DNA of 64,000 nucleotides from Chitinophagaceae bacterium (GTDB lineage Bacteria; Bacteroidota; Bacteroidia; Chitinophagales; Chitinophagaceae): NCBI GenBank assembly GCA_047600605.1, contig JASGKK010000002.1, positions 1,075,509 to 1,139,508 of the forward strand, read 5' to 3'. Shown piece by piece: positions 9,386 to 20,200 of this stretch (position 1 is its first letter; each line of letters starts with the position of its first letter). The notes under the pieces were generated by a model. It saw only the letters and a program-made list of their open reading frames with translations, ran no database searches and was not told where the DNA came from. The position numbers and the translations under genes were made by a program.

Positions 9386-9546
9386 CAACCAGGAGCTTTC
9401 CACACTTCATTTACACAAACGATTGACCTGCAAGTAAAATAAGTATAAACACCTAGTTTATATCCTGTGCATAAATTATCCGTGTTTATTATATGTATTT
9501 TATGAAACAAAAGCATCAAATTCAGTGAACCTTACTTGCCACCACC

Positions 9547-10989
9547 ATGCTACTGAACCGGATCCTGCTGCCAGGTATATTATGTCTTTGTCTGAGCCTG
9601 CCTTGTTTTGCACAACAACAGGAGGCAGCGGATACGACACTTCATTTCAGCGAAAAATTTCTCCGTTCCATTGATCAGCAGGCGGCTTCGCTGGAAAGCA
9701 AACTGGATAAGACGACTGGTAAAGTACTGGCCCGCTGGCAGCGGCAGGAAGCCAAACTCCTGCGCAAACTAGCCCGAAAAGATTCGGCTCTGGCCGCTCA
9801 ACTACAGGCGGATGCTGCCACAAAAACAGCACAACTACAGCAGCAATTAAAGAACCCCGCTGAACTGCAGCAATACCTCCCCGCACTGGATACGCTCAAA
9901 ACTTCCCTTCGCTTTTTGCAGCAAAAACCCGATCTCGCCAAACTTGGTTTGAAAAACGAACAGGTCAGCGGTACGCTGGATAAACTAAAAGGCATGGAAG
10001 GCCAGCTGCAGCAGGCACAGGCCGTGCAGCAGTTTCTGCAACAGCGCCGGCAACTCTTAAAAGAAAAACTGGGTAACCTCGGCTTTGCCAAAGAGCTGAA
10101 GCAACTCAACAAGCAAGCCTATTACTACAGTGCCCAGCTCAAAGAATACCAATCCTTATTAAAAGATCATAAGAAAGCGGCCCGCAAAGGCCTGGCGATG
10201 CTGCGCAAGACAAAAGCGTTTGAGAACTTCATGCGCCGCAACAGTCAACTGGCTTCGCTATTCCGGTTGCCGGGTGATCCCAACGATCCCACACAGGCCG
10301 CCAACCTGGCCGGACTGCAAACAAGAGCCCAGGTCAATAACCTCATTCAAAACCAGCTGGCAGCCGGTGGCCCCAATGCCCAGGTGCAGTTTCGGCAAAA
10401 CCTGCAGGATGCCCAAAGCCAGCTGAGCCAGTTAAAAGATAAGATCCTCAAAGCCGGAGGCGGCAGCAGTGAGCTGGATATGCCCGATGGGTTCAAACCC
10501 AATCCCGAAAAGACCAAATCGTTCTGGAAGCGATTGGAACTCGGCACCAACATTCAATCCCAACGGGCAAGAGGCTTACTGCCGGCCAGCAGCGATATCG
10601 GTTTATCACTCGGGTATAAGCTCAACCCCAACAGCATTATCGGTATCGGCACCAGTTACAAAGTAGGCTGGGGTAAGGACATCCGTCACATCAGGATCAG
10701 CCACCAGGGACTGAGTATACGGAGTTTTATCGACTACAAGCTCAAAGGTTCCTTCTGGCTCACGGGTGGTTATGAGCTGAACTACCAAAGCGGTTTCTCG
10801 GACTTTAATGAACTGAAGGACCTGAGTCGCTGGCAACCGAGTGGGTTGATCGGGGTGAGCAAGGTGGTGAACCTGCAAAGCAAATTATTAAAGAAAACAA
10901 AGCTGATGCTGCTCTGGGATATGCTGAGCTATCGGCAAAAGCCGCGCACACAGGCGGTGTTGTTCAGAGTTGGTTACACGTTTAAATGA
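9547..10989 (+). CDS. secreted coiled-coil protein with a C-terminal beta-barrel-like domain (first gene of the RHS operon)
   Basis: Signal peptide MLLNRILLPGILCLCLSLPCFAQ. About 300 aa are rich in Q/L/K/A heptad-like sequence. The last ~150 aa alternate hydrophobic and polar residues and end ...AVLFRVGYTFK. Confidence 0.8.
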   Translation: MLLNRILLPGILCLCLSLPCFAQQQEAADTTLHFSEKFLRSIDQQAASLESKLDKTTGKVLARWQRQEAKLLRKLARKDSALAAQLQADAATKTAQLQQQLKNPAELQQYLPALDTLKTSLRFLQQKPDLAKLGLKNEQVSGTLDKLKGMEGQLQQAQAVQQFLQQRRQLLKEKLGNLGFAKELKQLNKQAYYYSAQLKEYQSLLKDHKKAARKGLAMLRKTKAFENFMRRNSQLASLFRLPGDPNDPTQAANLAGLQTRAQVNNLIQNQLAAGGPNAQVQFRQNLQDAQSQLSQLKDKILKAGGGSSELDMPDGFKPNPEKTKSFWKRLELGTNIQSQRARGLLPASSDIGLSLGYKLNPNSIIGIGTSYKVGWGKDIRHIRISHQGLSIRSFIDYKLKGSFWLTGGYELNYQSGFSDFNELKDLSRWQPSGLIGVSKVVNLQSKLLKKTKLMLLWDMLSYRQKPRTQAVLFRVGYTFK

Positions 10990-10998
10990 TCATACAAG

Positions 10999-13900
10999 AT
11001 GGTACGAAAAATTATTGTTGCCGGTTTAGTCATGCTGGGCTGTGGATTTTTGCAGACGGCAAAAGCGCAGTATGCATCCATGCAGATGCCACAACTATTG
11101 CCACCCTCACCAGAGGCCTTTAAGCTGGGTACCTATGGTACGGTGCCGGTAGGGTTGTTTACGGGTACGATGAGGTTGGATGTTCCCATACATGAGGTCC
11201 GTACGCGTAATCTCTCTGTGCCGGTATTACTCTCGTACAGCACCAATGGGGTGAAGGTAGACGAAGTAGCCTCGCGCGTAGGTACCGACTGGATCCTGAA
11301 TGCCGGTGGTATGATTAGCCGTACCATTGTAGGCGCAGAGGATGGAATCTATGCACGTGATAAGCCGCCCACCGATTTTGTAAATATGTCAGCTGGTCTC
11401 ACAACTTACCTGCGTGATCTGGCAGCAAGAGAGAATAGCTCGGAGCCGGATATCTATACCTTCAATTTTGGCGGTTACTCCGGTAAATTTTGCTACAACC
11501 GGATGGGCGAAATATTGTGGATGCCGATGCAGCCCTCACTCAAAATTATTGAAGGTTCGGATTATACACAGTGGCGGTTTAAAATGATCACGCCCGACGG
11601 GGTAGAGTATACGTTTGGCGGCAATGGTGCCACGGAAAAAAGCCGTACGCAGAATGGTGGCAGTGGTTGCAGCTATACCAGCTATAGCTGGAAAGATAAT
11701 GCCTGGTACCTGACCAAGATCAAACATCCGCTGGGTGACTCCATTGTCTTTAAATATTCCAGTGTTTATTATAGCTATGTGATGGGTTTCTCGGAATCCT
11801 ATGATAAATTGTATCCAACCTATCAGCCCACCTATTATTGTCCCAGATATTGTGAAGTTCCTCCGGAGAACGACTATTTTGACCCTCCCAGTAACACGCA
11901 ACGGTTGTGTTATACGACCGTTACCAACGATGGGGTTATACTTTCTAAGATTGAATTTCCGGATGGTGAACTGAAGTTCAATCACGGCTACCGCTACGAT
12001 TTGACAAATGACTCATCCTTTACTTCTGTTGATATTACCTACGCTGGCAAGCTGGTGAAGAAGATAAAGTTTGATCAGGACTATTCGTCCACTACTGGTA
12101 CTTATGCTAACGGAGACATATCCGATTATGGAGGTACGCAGCGGTTGTTTTTGACAGGCATCAAAGAAGAAAATATAACTGGTCAATCGATCCAACTCTA
12201 TTCTTTTGAATACAATGACAGAACCGGCCTGCCGTCCAGGCTTAGTCGTTCGCAGGATCATTTTGGTTATTTTAACGGAGCTAACAATACCAGCCTCGCA
12301 CCAGCAAATAGTGAATTTAGTGGATTGTTTAGCGGTATAGGCGGAGATCGTTCACCAGATTTTACTTATGGATCAAAAGGAGTGATGACAAAGATTGTAT
12401 ATCCTACAGGCGGATATAGTAAAATTGAATACGAGCCACAATGGATACTGGCCAACCGGATATCCTATTATCATACGGGCGAATCAGTGGTAAATGGTCA
12501 TATTGCTGTGGGTGGGGCGCGTGTGAAATCCGTAAAGAATTATACAGATAGTACCGCAGCCCCTGTTGTACGAAAATTTTATTATGATTACTGGAATGAT
12601 CCGGATTCTTCCAGCGGTATTGTTCTTCGCAGTCCACAATACTTTGTTGACAAGGTGGTATATCTAAACTGTAAACCGGTGACACCTCCCGGGTGCCTCA
12701 GTTGCGGAGGCGCGACTATTACTTATAAGGTATTACAATCAAATTCTACTTTTCCAATTTACCATTCCTCCGGAGCCTTAGTACAGTATGCCAATGTACG
12801 CGAAGGATTCGGTGACAGTTTTGAGAACGGTGGTATTTTTCACTCATTTATAACCCACACCGATGCCTTGCCGCAGGTGATGCACGGAAAGGAACTTCCT
12901 TCATCGAGTGTAACCAATTTCGGCGTATATAATGGCCTGGAAAGTCAAACACTTTATTATGGATTAAATGGTTCGGGTCAGGTCATTAAGAAAAAAGAGA
13001 TTGTTAATAAGTTTAAGGTCTTCGACCAATTCTCCACCGCTTTACCCAAGGGAGGCCTGACAAACACAAATGTTTATAAAGCCGATACCTGTATCTATAT
13101 CAACCGGATTGGTGTACCCAATTGTACCGGTGATACACTAATGCAACCGGAAGAGTATGTCCTGTATGATATAGGCCGTTATTACCTGTTTTCCTATTTC
13201 GCTCACCAGGATAGTAGCTATACCTATGACTATGACGAAACCGGTAACAATGCGGCATTGACCATTACCGTCAATAAATATGATTCAGCCTATGTGGTGA
13301 AAACACTGGATAAAGTGATCACACAACTCGACACGCTGGAGACATCGTATAAATATGTGCGCGACTTTGCCTCATCAGGCAACGTGTATGAAAAACTGGT
13401 GAATGCCAATATGGTGATTGCACCGGTAGAGCGGTCTATGAAACGCAACAGCCAGTCGCTGTACAGCATGAAGACCAATTATACTGACTGGTTCAGTGAT
13501 AATAAGGTACTGGTACCTTCTACCGAAGATTATACACCTGCCGGGCAATCGGCCATTACCCGTATCCGTTACCAGCAGTATACCACAGCGGGTATGCTGA
13601 CCGAAGTATCGAAGGAGAGTGATGTGCGCATGAGCTATATCTGGGATAAATGGAACAAAAGCATCCTGGCGGAAGTAACCAATGCCTCTGCAGCCGATGT
13701 AGCCGTGACCAGTTTTGAAGACCTGGGCAATGGCAACTGGAGTATCAGCGGTGGCAGTTATGATCTGCGCTATGCGTATACGGGCAGCCAGAGTTATAAG
13801 CTGAGTGCAGGTGTCACGATTTCCAAATCGGGACTCACCAGTGGTAAGACTTATATCGTGAGTTACTGGTCGCGTAGTGGCTCGCTCACGGTCAACAGCG

Positions 13901-14727
13901 GATCGGGTACGGCAGGCATCACCCGCAATGGATGGACCTACTACCAGCATAGTTTTACCGGCGCTACCTCGGTCAGCATTACCGGTACTACTTCCGTAGA
14001 TGAATTGCGGTTGTATCCACAAGGGGCGCTGATGAGCAGCTTTACCTATCAGCCGGGTGTAGGCATTACCTCACGCTGCGATGCGAATGGGGTAGTGAAC
14101 TATTATGAATATGATACGTACGCACGGTTGATGCTGGTGCGGGATGAAGACCAACGGGTGCTGAAAAAGATCTGTTACAACTTTTATGGCCAGGCAGAGT
14201 CCTGTCCCTACTATCTCAATGCGGCGAAGGATTCTTCGATCCGGCGCAACAACTGCAGTGTGGGCTATATCGGCAGCCTGGTCACCTATTCGGTCGCTGC
14301 GGGAAAATATACCTCTACCATCAGCCAGGCAGATGCCGATGCCAAAGCGCGGGCCGAGGTCATCGCCTACGGACAGGAATATGCCAATGCCAATGGCACC
14401 TGCACACAGGTCACTATTTACGCACGGGCCGAATACCAGAATGTGTACCAGGACCTGGATTATACCACGGCCGACCTCGTGCTGCGGTTTTATAGTGATG
14501 CAGCCTGTACCACACCTTATAGCGTGACCAATCTGAATGTCAACTACCGGCGTGTACGGCTCAACTGTGGCGGCTGGGGCAGCCCGGTGAATACCAACTA
14601 TACGGCTTCCAACTGCAATGGGTACCAGGTCAACCTGGGTAATGTATATCTCATGCTGGATGATGGCATTCACTGTTACGAATACAGCTATAACACAACC
14701 GCCGGTACCGGTTATACACCTCAATAA
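10999..14727 (+). CDS. large secreted protein: SpvB/TcB-like N-terminal signature, beta-sandwich segment, YD-like unit, Cys-containing DUF5977-like C-terminal modules
   Basis: Signal peptide ...GFLQTAKAQ. GTMRLDVPIHEV..SVPVLLSYSTNG..VGTDWILNAGGMISRT. ...GKTYIVSYWSRSG...VDELRLYPQGALMSSFTYQPGVGITSRCDANGVVNYYEYDTYARLMLVRDEDQRVL. ...RRNNCSVGYIGSLVTYSVAAGKYTSTISQADADAKARAEVIAYGQEYANANGTC. It starts 9 nt after the previous gene. Confidence 0.8.
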   Translation: MVRKIIVAGLVMLGCGFLQTAKAQYASMQMPQLLPPSPEAFKLGTYGTVPVGLFTGTMRLDVPIHEVRTRNLSVPVLLSYSTNGVKVDEVASRVGTDWILNAGGMISRTIVGAEDGIYARDKPPTDFVNMSAGLTTYLRDLAARENSSEPDIYTFNFGGYSGKFCYNRMGEILWMPMQPSLKIIEGSDYTQWRFKMITPDGVEYTFGGNGATEKSRTQNGGSGCSYTSYSWKDNAWYLTKIKHPLGDSIVFKYSSVYYSYVMGFSESYDKLYPTYQPTYYCPRYCEVPPENDYFDPPSNTQRLCYTTVTNDGVILSKIEFPDGELKFNHGYRYDLTNDSSFTSVDITYAGKLVKKIKFDQDYSSTTGTYANGDISDYGGTQRLFLTGIKEENITGQSIQLYSFEYNDRTGLPSRLSRSQDHFGYFNGANNTSLAPANSEFSGLFSGIGGDRSPDFTYGSKGVMTKIVYPTGGYSKIEYEPQWILANRISYYHTGESVVNGHIAVGGARVKSVKNYTDSTAAPVVRKFYYDYWNDPDSSSGIVLRSPQYFVDKVVYLNCKPVTPPGCLSCGGATITYKVLQSNSTFPIYHSSGALVQYANVREGFGDSFENGGIFHSFITHTDALPQVMHGKELPSSSVTNFGVYNGLESQTLYYGLNGSGQVIKKKEIVNKFKVFDQFSTALPKGGLTNTNVYKADTCIYINRIGVPNCTGDTLMQPEEYVLYDIGRYYLFSYFAHQDSSYTYDYDETGNNAALTITVNKYDSAYVVKTLDKVITQLDTLETSYKYVRDFASSGNVYEKLVNANMVIAPVERSMKRNSQSLYSMKTNYTDWFSDNKVLVPSTEDYTPAGQSAITRIRYQQYTTAGMLTEVSKESDVRMSYIWDKWNKSILAEVTNASAADVAVTSFEDLGNGNWSISGGSYDLRYAYTGSQSYKLSAGVTISKSGLTSGKTYIVSYWSRSGSLTVNSGSGTAGITRNGWTYYQHSFTGATSVSITGTTSVDELRLYPQGALMSSFTYQPGVGITSRCDANGVVNYYEYDTYARLMLVRDEDQRVLKKICYNFYGQAESCPYYLNAAKDSSIRRNNCSVGYIGSLVTYSVAAGKYTSTISQADADAKARAEVIAYGQEYANANGTCTQVTIYARAEYQNVYQDLDYTTADLVLRFYSDAACTTPYSVTNLNVNYRRVRLNCGGWGSPVNTNYTASNCNGYQVNLGNVYLMLDDGIHCYEYSYNTTAGTGYTPQ

Positions 14728-14738
14728 AAAAGAAAAAG

Positions 14739-15128
14739 ATGAAAAAGAATATATCACTGCTGCTGCTGACCTTGATCTGTATGACCACCTTGCGGGCGCA
14801 GGAAAACATGACAGAGCAGCAGGCCCGTCTTGATTCATCGCAACGTGTGCTGATGAAAGATTCGCTGCAGATGACCGATGCGCAGGTAGATACGGTTTTT
14901 GCTATCCGCAACCGCCACTGGGATGCCATTGCTGCGGTACGTACCAATAACAATATCAGTGTAGCCCAGCAGCAGGAGCAGTTTGACGCATTAAAGGAGG
15001 ATACATATACGGCGATGCGGGCTGCTCTCGGAACAACTTTATTTGACCGCTATACGCAACTCATTGCAAGACGTACGCAGCGGCGGGGTAATACCAATGC
15101 AGCGGCACCCTTAACAGGTGCTCAATAA
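14739..15128 (+). CDS. small secreted helical protein (LTxxQ-like motif; possible periplasmic chaperone)
   Basis: Signal peptide MKKNISLLLLTLICMTTLRAQ. SLQMTDAQVDTVF and ISVAQQQEQFDAL resemble Spy/CpxP-type LTxxQ repeats. It lies 11 nt after the upstream gene and 30 nt before rhs. Confidence 0.7.
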   Translation: MKKNISLLLLTLICMTTLRAQENMTEQQARLDSSQRVLMKDSLQMTDAQVDTVFAIRNRHWDAIAAVRTNNNISVAQQQEQFDALKEDTYTAMRAALGTTLFDRYTQLIARRTQRRGNTNAAAPLTGAQ

Positions 15129-15158
15129 ATCATTCAGCAAAGATTCAATTCATAGGGC

Positions 15159-18100
15159 ATGAAAAAGACTGTCAATCGTTTTTGCTTCCTGGTGATAAGT
15201 GCAGCAATGGCGACCACCGCCTCAGCGCAAACTCCCCGTACGCTGCCCACCGCATATACGGGTAGTACTCCAGTCAGCTATGTGCGCACCTGGGATGCGG
15301 TAAAGCCGCTCACCAACCCCAACGACTTTGGTACCGGCGTAGCCCTGCAGATGGGGCGTATGGCTACGCAATATGTGGATGGGCTGGGTCGGCCATTGCA
15401 AACAGTCGTAAAACAGGGATCGCTGGTCACGGGTTCTTCGCCGGTGGATCTGACGAGTATGAATGAGTATGATGCCTTTGGCAGGGAGCGATTTACCTAC
15501 TTGCCCACACCCGCTAATAATACCGGTAGCAATACCTCCATTACGGATGGGTTATTCAAACTGAACCCTTTTCAGCAGCAGGAAGCTTTTTACAATAGTT
15601 ATTTAAACGGACAGAGCGGCGAAGTGTCTTCGTCCAAAAACTGGGCGTATAACCAGATCAATTTTGAAGCATCGCCACTCAACCGGCCGCAAGAAGCGTT
15701 TGCAGCGGGTGTGAACTGGGTGGGTACACAGAGCCAGCCCCTCGAAGCCGACCGGCATTCGGTGAAAACAAAGTATTTTAATAATAAGTTGGCCGATTCG
15801 GTGAGGATCTGGCGGGTGCTGGACGCTGTATTTGGAGGCTGGGGTACTTATACGAGCCCCGGATCGCCCTGGTATCCGGCAGGTGAGTTGTCGAAAACGA
15901 TAACAGTGGATGAGCAGGGTAAACAGGTGATCGAGTTTAAGGATCGTTTTGGCATGGTGGTGTTGAAGAAAGTGCAGCTGACTGCTACTGCTGATGATGG
16001 AAACGGCAAGGGGCATTATGGATGGCTCTGTACCTATTATATCTATGATCAGCTGAACCGGCTGCGCTGCGTGGTACAGCCACGGGGCGTGGAACTGCTG
16101 ATCGCCAATAGCTGGAGTATGACGGCACTGAGCAATGCGATCCTGAATGAGCAGTGTTTTCGTTATGAATATGACGGGCGCGACCGGATGGTGATGAAAC
16201 GAGTACCGGGGGCTGGCCCCGTGCATATGGTATATGACGCACGCGACCGGTTGGTACTCACGCAGGACTCCATACTGCGGGCGGGCAGTCCACAAAAATG
16301 GCTGTATACGCTGTATGATGAACTGAACCGCCCGGTCGCTACCGGATTATGGAACAATAGCAGTAGTCTGGTTACACATGCCAGTGCAGCCGGTAGCAGC
16401 ACGGCCTATCCCAACCTGAGCGGGCAAACCTATGAGGAATTGACCCGCACTTTTTATGATGATTACAGCTGGCGCAGCAGCTACGGGAATCCATTGAGTG
16501 CAACGTACAATACCAGTTACGATACTTATTTCACCACCGCTTCAGATGTAACCTGGCCTTTTGCGCAGGCCAATACGCAATCGGCCCAGCTCAAAGGACT
16601 GGTGACGGGTACGCGCGTAAAGGTGCTGGGCAGCGGGTCTACCTATTTGTATACGGTCAATTTTTATGATAAAAAGAACCGGGTGATACAGGTACAAAGC
16701 AGCAATGTGACGGGCGGCACCGATATCCAGACCACACAGTACAGTTGGCCGGGGCAACCATTGGTGAGTATTCTGAAACAGGAAAAATCGGGTACCAATA
16801 CACAAACAACAGTTGCCGTTTCTAAAATGACTTATGATAGCTTGTGGCGCGTGGTAAAGACGGAAAAGAAAGTAAGCCATAGCCAGGTCAACAGCGGCAA
16901 TATGCCGGGTAGCTGGACCACCACCGCCGAACAGGAATATGATGCCCTGGGCCAGTTGAAGAAAAAGAAACTCGATCCGGCGTATAACAGTAATGCAGGG
17001 CTGGACAGCCTGACCTATGATTATAATATCCGTGGCTGGATGCTGGGTATGAACCGGCTGTATGCCAAAGATGTGCACCAGAACAACTATTTCGGGTTCG
17101 ATCTCGGATATGATAAAACACAGAATGGCATTATCAACAACCAGAGCTATGCTACTCCTCAATATAATGGCAATATCAGCGGCATGGTGTGGAAGAGTAA
17201 GGGAGATGCGGAGAAACGGAAGTATGATTTTACCTACGATGCGGCCAACCGGATACTCTCGGCCGATTTTAACCAGTATACCAGCAGTAGTTTTAACAAA
17301 ACAGCGGGGATTGACTTCAGCATGAGCGGTATGAGTTACGATGCCAATGGCAATATCCTGACTATGAAGCAGCGGGGCTATAAAGTTGGCGGCTCGGCCA
17401 CGATCGACAGCCTGGCCTATGCGTATATCGACTACAGCAATAAGCTGAAGAATGTGATCGACGGGCTGAATGATGCGCAGACCCGGCTGGGTGATTTCCG
17501 GGCTTCTGCGCTGTACCTGTCCAGTGGCTCCAAGAATACCAGTACGGTCGACTACACCTACGATGCGAATGGCAACCTGGTAAAGGATCTGAATAAGGAT
17601 ATAGTGACTTACGGGGGCGCAAACGGAATAGAATACAACTACCTGAACCTGCCCCAGAAGATCACCGTGAAAAAGGATGCCAGCAACAATAAAGGATATA
17701 TCGAGTATACCTATGATGCTGCGGGCAACAAGCTGAAGAAAACAGTGTATGAGCCGGGGGTAGACACCACTACCACGCTGTATATAGCCGGCAATGTGTA
17801 CCGCAACGATACGCTGGAGTTTATCAGCTATGAAGAAGGGCGGATCCGTAAAAAAGGTACTACTGCGCTGGTATACGATTACATGCTCAAAGACCACCTG
17901 GGCAATGTGCGGATGCTGCTGACCACGGAGCGGGATACATCGTTTTATCCCGTAGCCAGCCTCGAAACAGCCAGCCTGGCCACCGAACGTACCTATTATG
18001 GTGGAGTAGATACCGGCCGGGTCAATAAGAGTACGGTGGCGGGTTATCCAAGTGATACCTATACCAGTCCCAACGATTTTATCCAGCAGCTGAATGGCGC

Positions 18101-19553
18101 CGGGCCGAAGATCGGTACCAATATGGTGCTGAAGGTAATGGCAGGTGATAAGGTGAACCTGTTTGCGAAAAGCTGGTATAAAAAGAATGGAGTTACGCCA
18201 GGAACACCCAACAATCCGCTTACCAATATCCTGAATGTGCTGGAGCCGGCAATTGGTGGCATTACCGCTTCGCACGGTGGAGCAACCTTGACGGAACTAC
18301 AGACAACCAGTGTACTCGACAACCAGGTGACCAGTTTTCTCAACAGCCAGAGTGGCTATACCACCAGCAAACCCAAGGCTTTTGTGAACTGGGTATTGTT
18401 TGACGAGCAGTTCAGCTATGTGGCCGCCAGCAGTGGTTTTGAGCAGGTGGGAGCCGATAACACATTGACCACCCATACCCCGGCCGCTATTAACATTTCA
18501 AAAGGCGGTTATTTGTATATTTATGTGAGTAATGAGACTCCCAACATTGACGTGTTCTTTGATAATTTGCAAGTGACACATATCCGGGGACCGATCCTGG
18601 AAGAGACGCATTATTACCCGTTTGGGCTGACGATGGCGGGGATAAGTAGTAAGGCTTTGGCTTTTGGCTCTCCGGAGAATAGGTTGAAGTATAACGGTAA
18701 AGAAGAGCAAAAGGATGAGTTCAGTGATGGTTCAGATCTGGACTGGTTGGATTATGGAGCAAGAATGTATGATAATCAGATTGGGAGGTGGCATCACGTT
18801 GATCCGTTGAGTGAATTAGAAAGAAGGTGGAGCGTTTATGCTTACACATTCGATAATCCACTACGTTATATTGATCCTGATGGAATGTGGTCTGTAGACG
18901 CACATGGAAATGCTACCACGAATGATCAGGCAGAAATTCGTGCATTTTTTGGGTCGCTTAATAATAAAAATGAAGAAGATAACACGCCAGATAATATCAT
19001 TGAAATAGACACAAAAAGTAAAAAGGCAACAGTTATCAAAACAGACCACGATTATGATTTGGTGAGAATTGATGGTGGACAGTGGATTAAAAAGCCAAAA
19101 GGCACCGTGGAGGAATTAGAGGAAGGATATGAAGCTATGGGTTTTTCTGTTTTTCATCCACATGCATCAGGAATGGGAGCAGTAGATGAAGCGGCACTTA
19201 CATTAGCTGGCGCAAAAGTGGGAGGTTGGTTGTTTGGACGGATATCAAAGTGGTGGGCTGGAAGGGGTATGGTTGCCACCGGCAATTTAATTTCTGCCGA
19301 CATGGGTAGAATTATAGGATGGGGTGAATCACAAGCTCCGGAAGATGTTGTAAAGACCGTCAATGTTCTATTCAATTTAACGAAAAAGAAGGTTAGTGAA
19401 TTTGCAAAGAAAGGTTTGACTAAAGAGTGGGTTGAAAAGCAGTTAGCAAGTTATACCAAATCTATTCAGGCAGGAGGTGCAAAACTGAATAAAAACGTGC
19501 AGCTGTTACCGAGAAGAGATCTGATGCAAAAAATATTGAATTTATGGGACTAG
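15159..19553 (+). CDS. RHS/YD-repeat polymorphic toxin (DUF6443-type N-terminus, RHS-associated core, unclassified 221-aa C-terminal toxin)
   Basis: Signal peptide [38 protein letters not shown] repeats include [29 protein letters not shown] and [10 protein letters not shown]. The core reads ...[11 protein letters not shown]...[19 protein letters not shown]...[11 protein letters not shown] (DPDGM at 18873-18887). A non-repeat tail follows at 18888-19553. Confidence 0.93.
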   Translation: MKKTVNRFCFLVISAAMATTASAQTPRTLPTAYTGSTPVSYVRTWDAVKPLTNPNDFGTGVALQMGRMATQYVDGLGRPLQTVVKQGSLVTGSSPVDLTSMNEYDAFGRERFTYLPTPANNTGSNTSITDGLFKLNPFQQQEAFYNSYLNGQSGEVSSSKNWAYNQINFEASPLNRPQEAFAAGVNWVGTQSQPLEADRHSVKTKYFNNKLADSVRIWRVLDAVFGGWGTYTSPGSPWYPAGELSKTITVDEQGKQVIEFKDRFGMVVLKKVQLTATADDGNGKGHYGWLCTYYIYDQLNRLRCVVQPRGVELLIANSWSMTALSNAILNEQCFRYEYDGRDRMVMKRVPGAGPVHMVYDARDRLVLTQDSILRAGSPQKWLYTLYDELNRPVATGLWNNSSSLVTHASAAGSSTAYPNLSGQTYEELTRTFYDDYSWRSSYGNPLSATYNTSYDTYFTTASDVTWPFAQANTQSAQLKGLVTGTRVKVLGSGSTYLYTVNFYDKKNRVIQVQSSNVTGGTDIQTTQYSWPGQPLVSILKQEKSGTNTQTTVAVSKMTYDSLWRVVKTEKKVSHSQVNSGNMPGSWTTTAEQEYDALGQLKKKKLDPAYNSNAGLDSLTYDYNIRGWMLGMNRLYAKDVHQNNYFGFDLGYDKTQNGIINNQSYATPQYNGNISGMVWKSKGDAEKRKYDFTYDAANRILSADFNQYTSSSFNKTAGIDFSMSGMSYDANGNILTMKQRGYKVGGSATIDSLAYAYIDYSNKLKNVIDGLNDAQTRLGDFRASALYLSSGSKNTSTVDYTYDANGNLVKDLNKDIVTYGGANGIEYNYLNLPQKITVKKDASNNKGYIEYTYDAAGNKLKKTVYEPGVDTTTTLYIAGNVYRNDTLEFISYEEGRIRKKGTTALVYDYMLKDHLGNVRMLLTTERDTSFYPVASLETASLATERTYYGGVDTGRVNKSTVAGYPSDTYTSPNDFIQQLNGAGPKIGTNMVLKVMAGDKVNLFAKSWYKKNGVTPGTPNNPLTNILNVLEPAIGGITASHGGATLTELQTTSVLDNQVTSFLNSQSGYTTSKPKAFVNWVLFDEQFSYVAASSGFEQVGADNTLTTHTPAAINISKGGYLYIYVSNETPNIDVFFDNLQVTHIRGPILEETHYYPFGLTMAGISSKALAFGSPENRLKYNGKEEQKDEFSDGSDLDWLDYGARMYDNQIGRWHHVDPLSELERRWSVYAYTFDNPLRYIDPDGMWSVDAHGNATTNDQAEIRAFFGSLNNKNEEDNTPDNIIEIDTKSKKATVIKTDHDYDLVRIDGGQWIKKPKGTVEELEEGYEAMGFSVFHPHASGMGAVDEAALTLAGAKVGGWLFGRISKWWAGRGMVATGNLISADMGRIIGWGESQAPEDVVKTVNVLFNLTKKKVSEFAKKGLTKEWVEKQLASYTKSIQAGGAKLNKNVQLLPRRDLMQKILNLWD

Positions 19554-20008
19554 AAAAAATTAGAGAGTCAGTTCTAATATTAACAGCGTTTTGGGATAAA
19601 CAGCAAATTAAATTTGGGCGCGGAAGCAAAGAGAAAATTGAAAGCTTTGAAAAGCTTAAAAGTTATGAATTGCCATCCGACTTCAAGGAATTTTATTCGT
19701 TAATAAATGGAATGGAGGAATTTTATCCTAATTATATGGACGATCATGGCTTCTTGTTTTATCCAATTGAGGCCATTAATCCAGCTATAAAGGAGTTTAA
19801 ATCTTCACAAATGAAAAACATTAACAGCGTTTTCCTTTTTTGCGAGTATATGCATCGTAGCTGGTGGTATGGATGTGATGTGATTGATAAGGATAAATAT
19901 ATTATCGGTATTATTCCTGATAAAAACTCATTCAAACCGATTTGTAGCTCACTTGTTGAATTTATAGAATTATACGTAAACGATTCTTCGGTGCTATATG
20001 ATTATTAA
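19544..20008 (+). CDS. SMI1/KNR4 (SUKH-1) family immunity protein
   Basis: 154 aa. ...[26 protein letters not shown]..., the typical SUKH-1 motif. The ATG overlaps the rhs stop by 10 nt. Confidence 0.8.
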   Translation: MGLEKIRESVLILTAFWDKQQIKFGRGSKEKIESFEKLKSYELPSDFKEFYSLINGMEEFYPNYMDDHGFLFYPIEAINPAIKEFKSSQMKNINSVFLFCEYMHRSWWYGCDVIDKDKYIIGIIPDKNSFKPICSSLVEFIELYVNDSSVLYDY

Positions 20009-20134
20009 TCATACTAAGTATAATGGAAACAGACGCCAAGTGTGAGGAGGCGGGTAATAAATAAAACTATATCTCTATTATTAACTTACCCCCGTTGCTG
20101 GTAGTTTGTAATAAATCTTCAAATTTGATGGTAT

Positions 20135-20163
20135 TATGCTTAGCTTGTTAGTAAGCATTTTTT
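20135..20163 (+). terminator. intrinsic terminator ending the rhs-immunity operon
   Basis: ATGCTTA-GCTTGTTAG-TAAGCAT followed by TTTTTT. Confidence 0.65.
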
Positions 20164-20200
20164 CAAACAGTTTGATCCTAGCTTTTCTGATGACTAATCC

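Noticed and set aside
14071-14838. 255-aa minus-strand ORF overlapping the end of the 1242-aa gene and the start of the 129-aa gene
   Set aside because: It is antisense to two well-supported signal-peptide ORFs and has odd composition. It would also break the tight operon architecture.
16542-18275. 577-aa minus-strand ORF, with several others at 15603-16295, 17362-17622 and 18059-18343, lying inside the RHS gene
   Set aside because: They are entirely antisense to a gene with unmistakable YD-repeat/RHS-core content. Their translations are low-complexity (R/H/I/G-rich) with no motifs. This is a typical shadow ORF of a stop-poor antisense frame.
9547-20008. T6SS- or T9SS-dependent delivery of the RHS toxin
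   Set aside because: There is no PAAR, VgrG or Hcp gene in the window. The protein carries a Sec signal peptide and no T9SS C-terminal domain. PorQ and a T9SS cargo gene are present at 56-64 kb but are unlinked. A system encoded elsewhere in the genome cannot be excluded.
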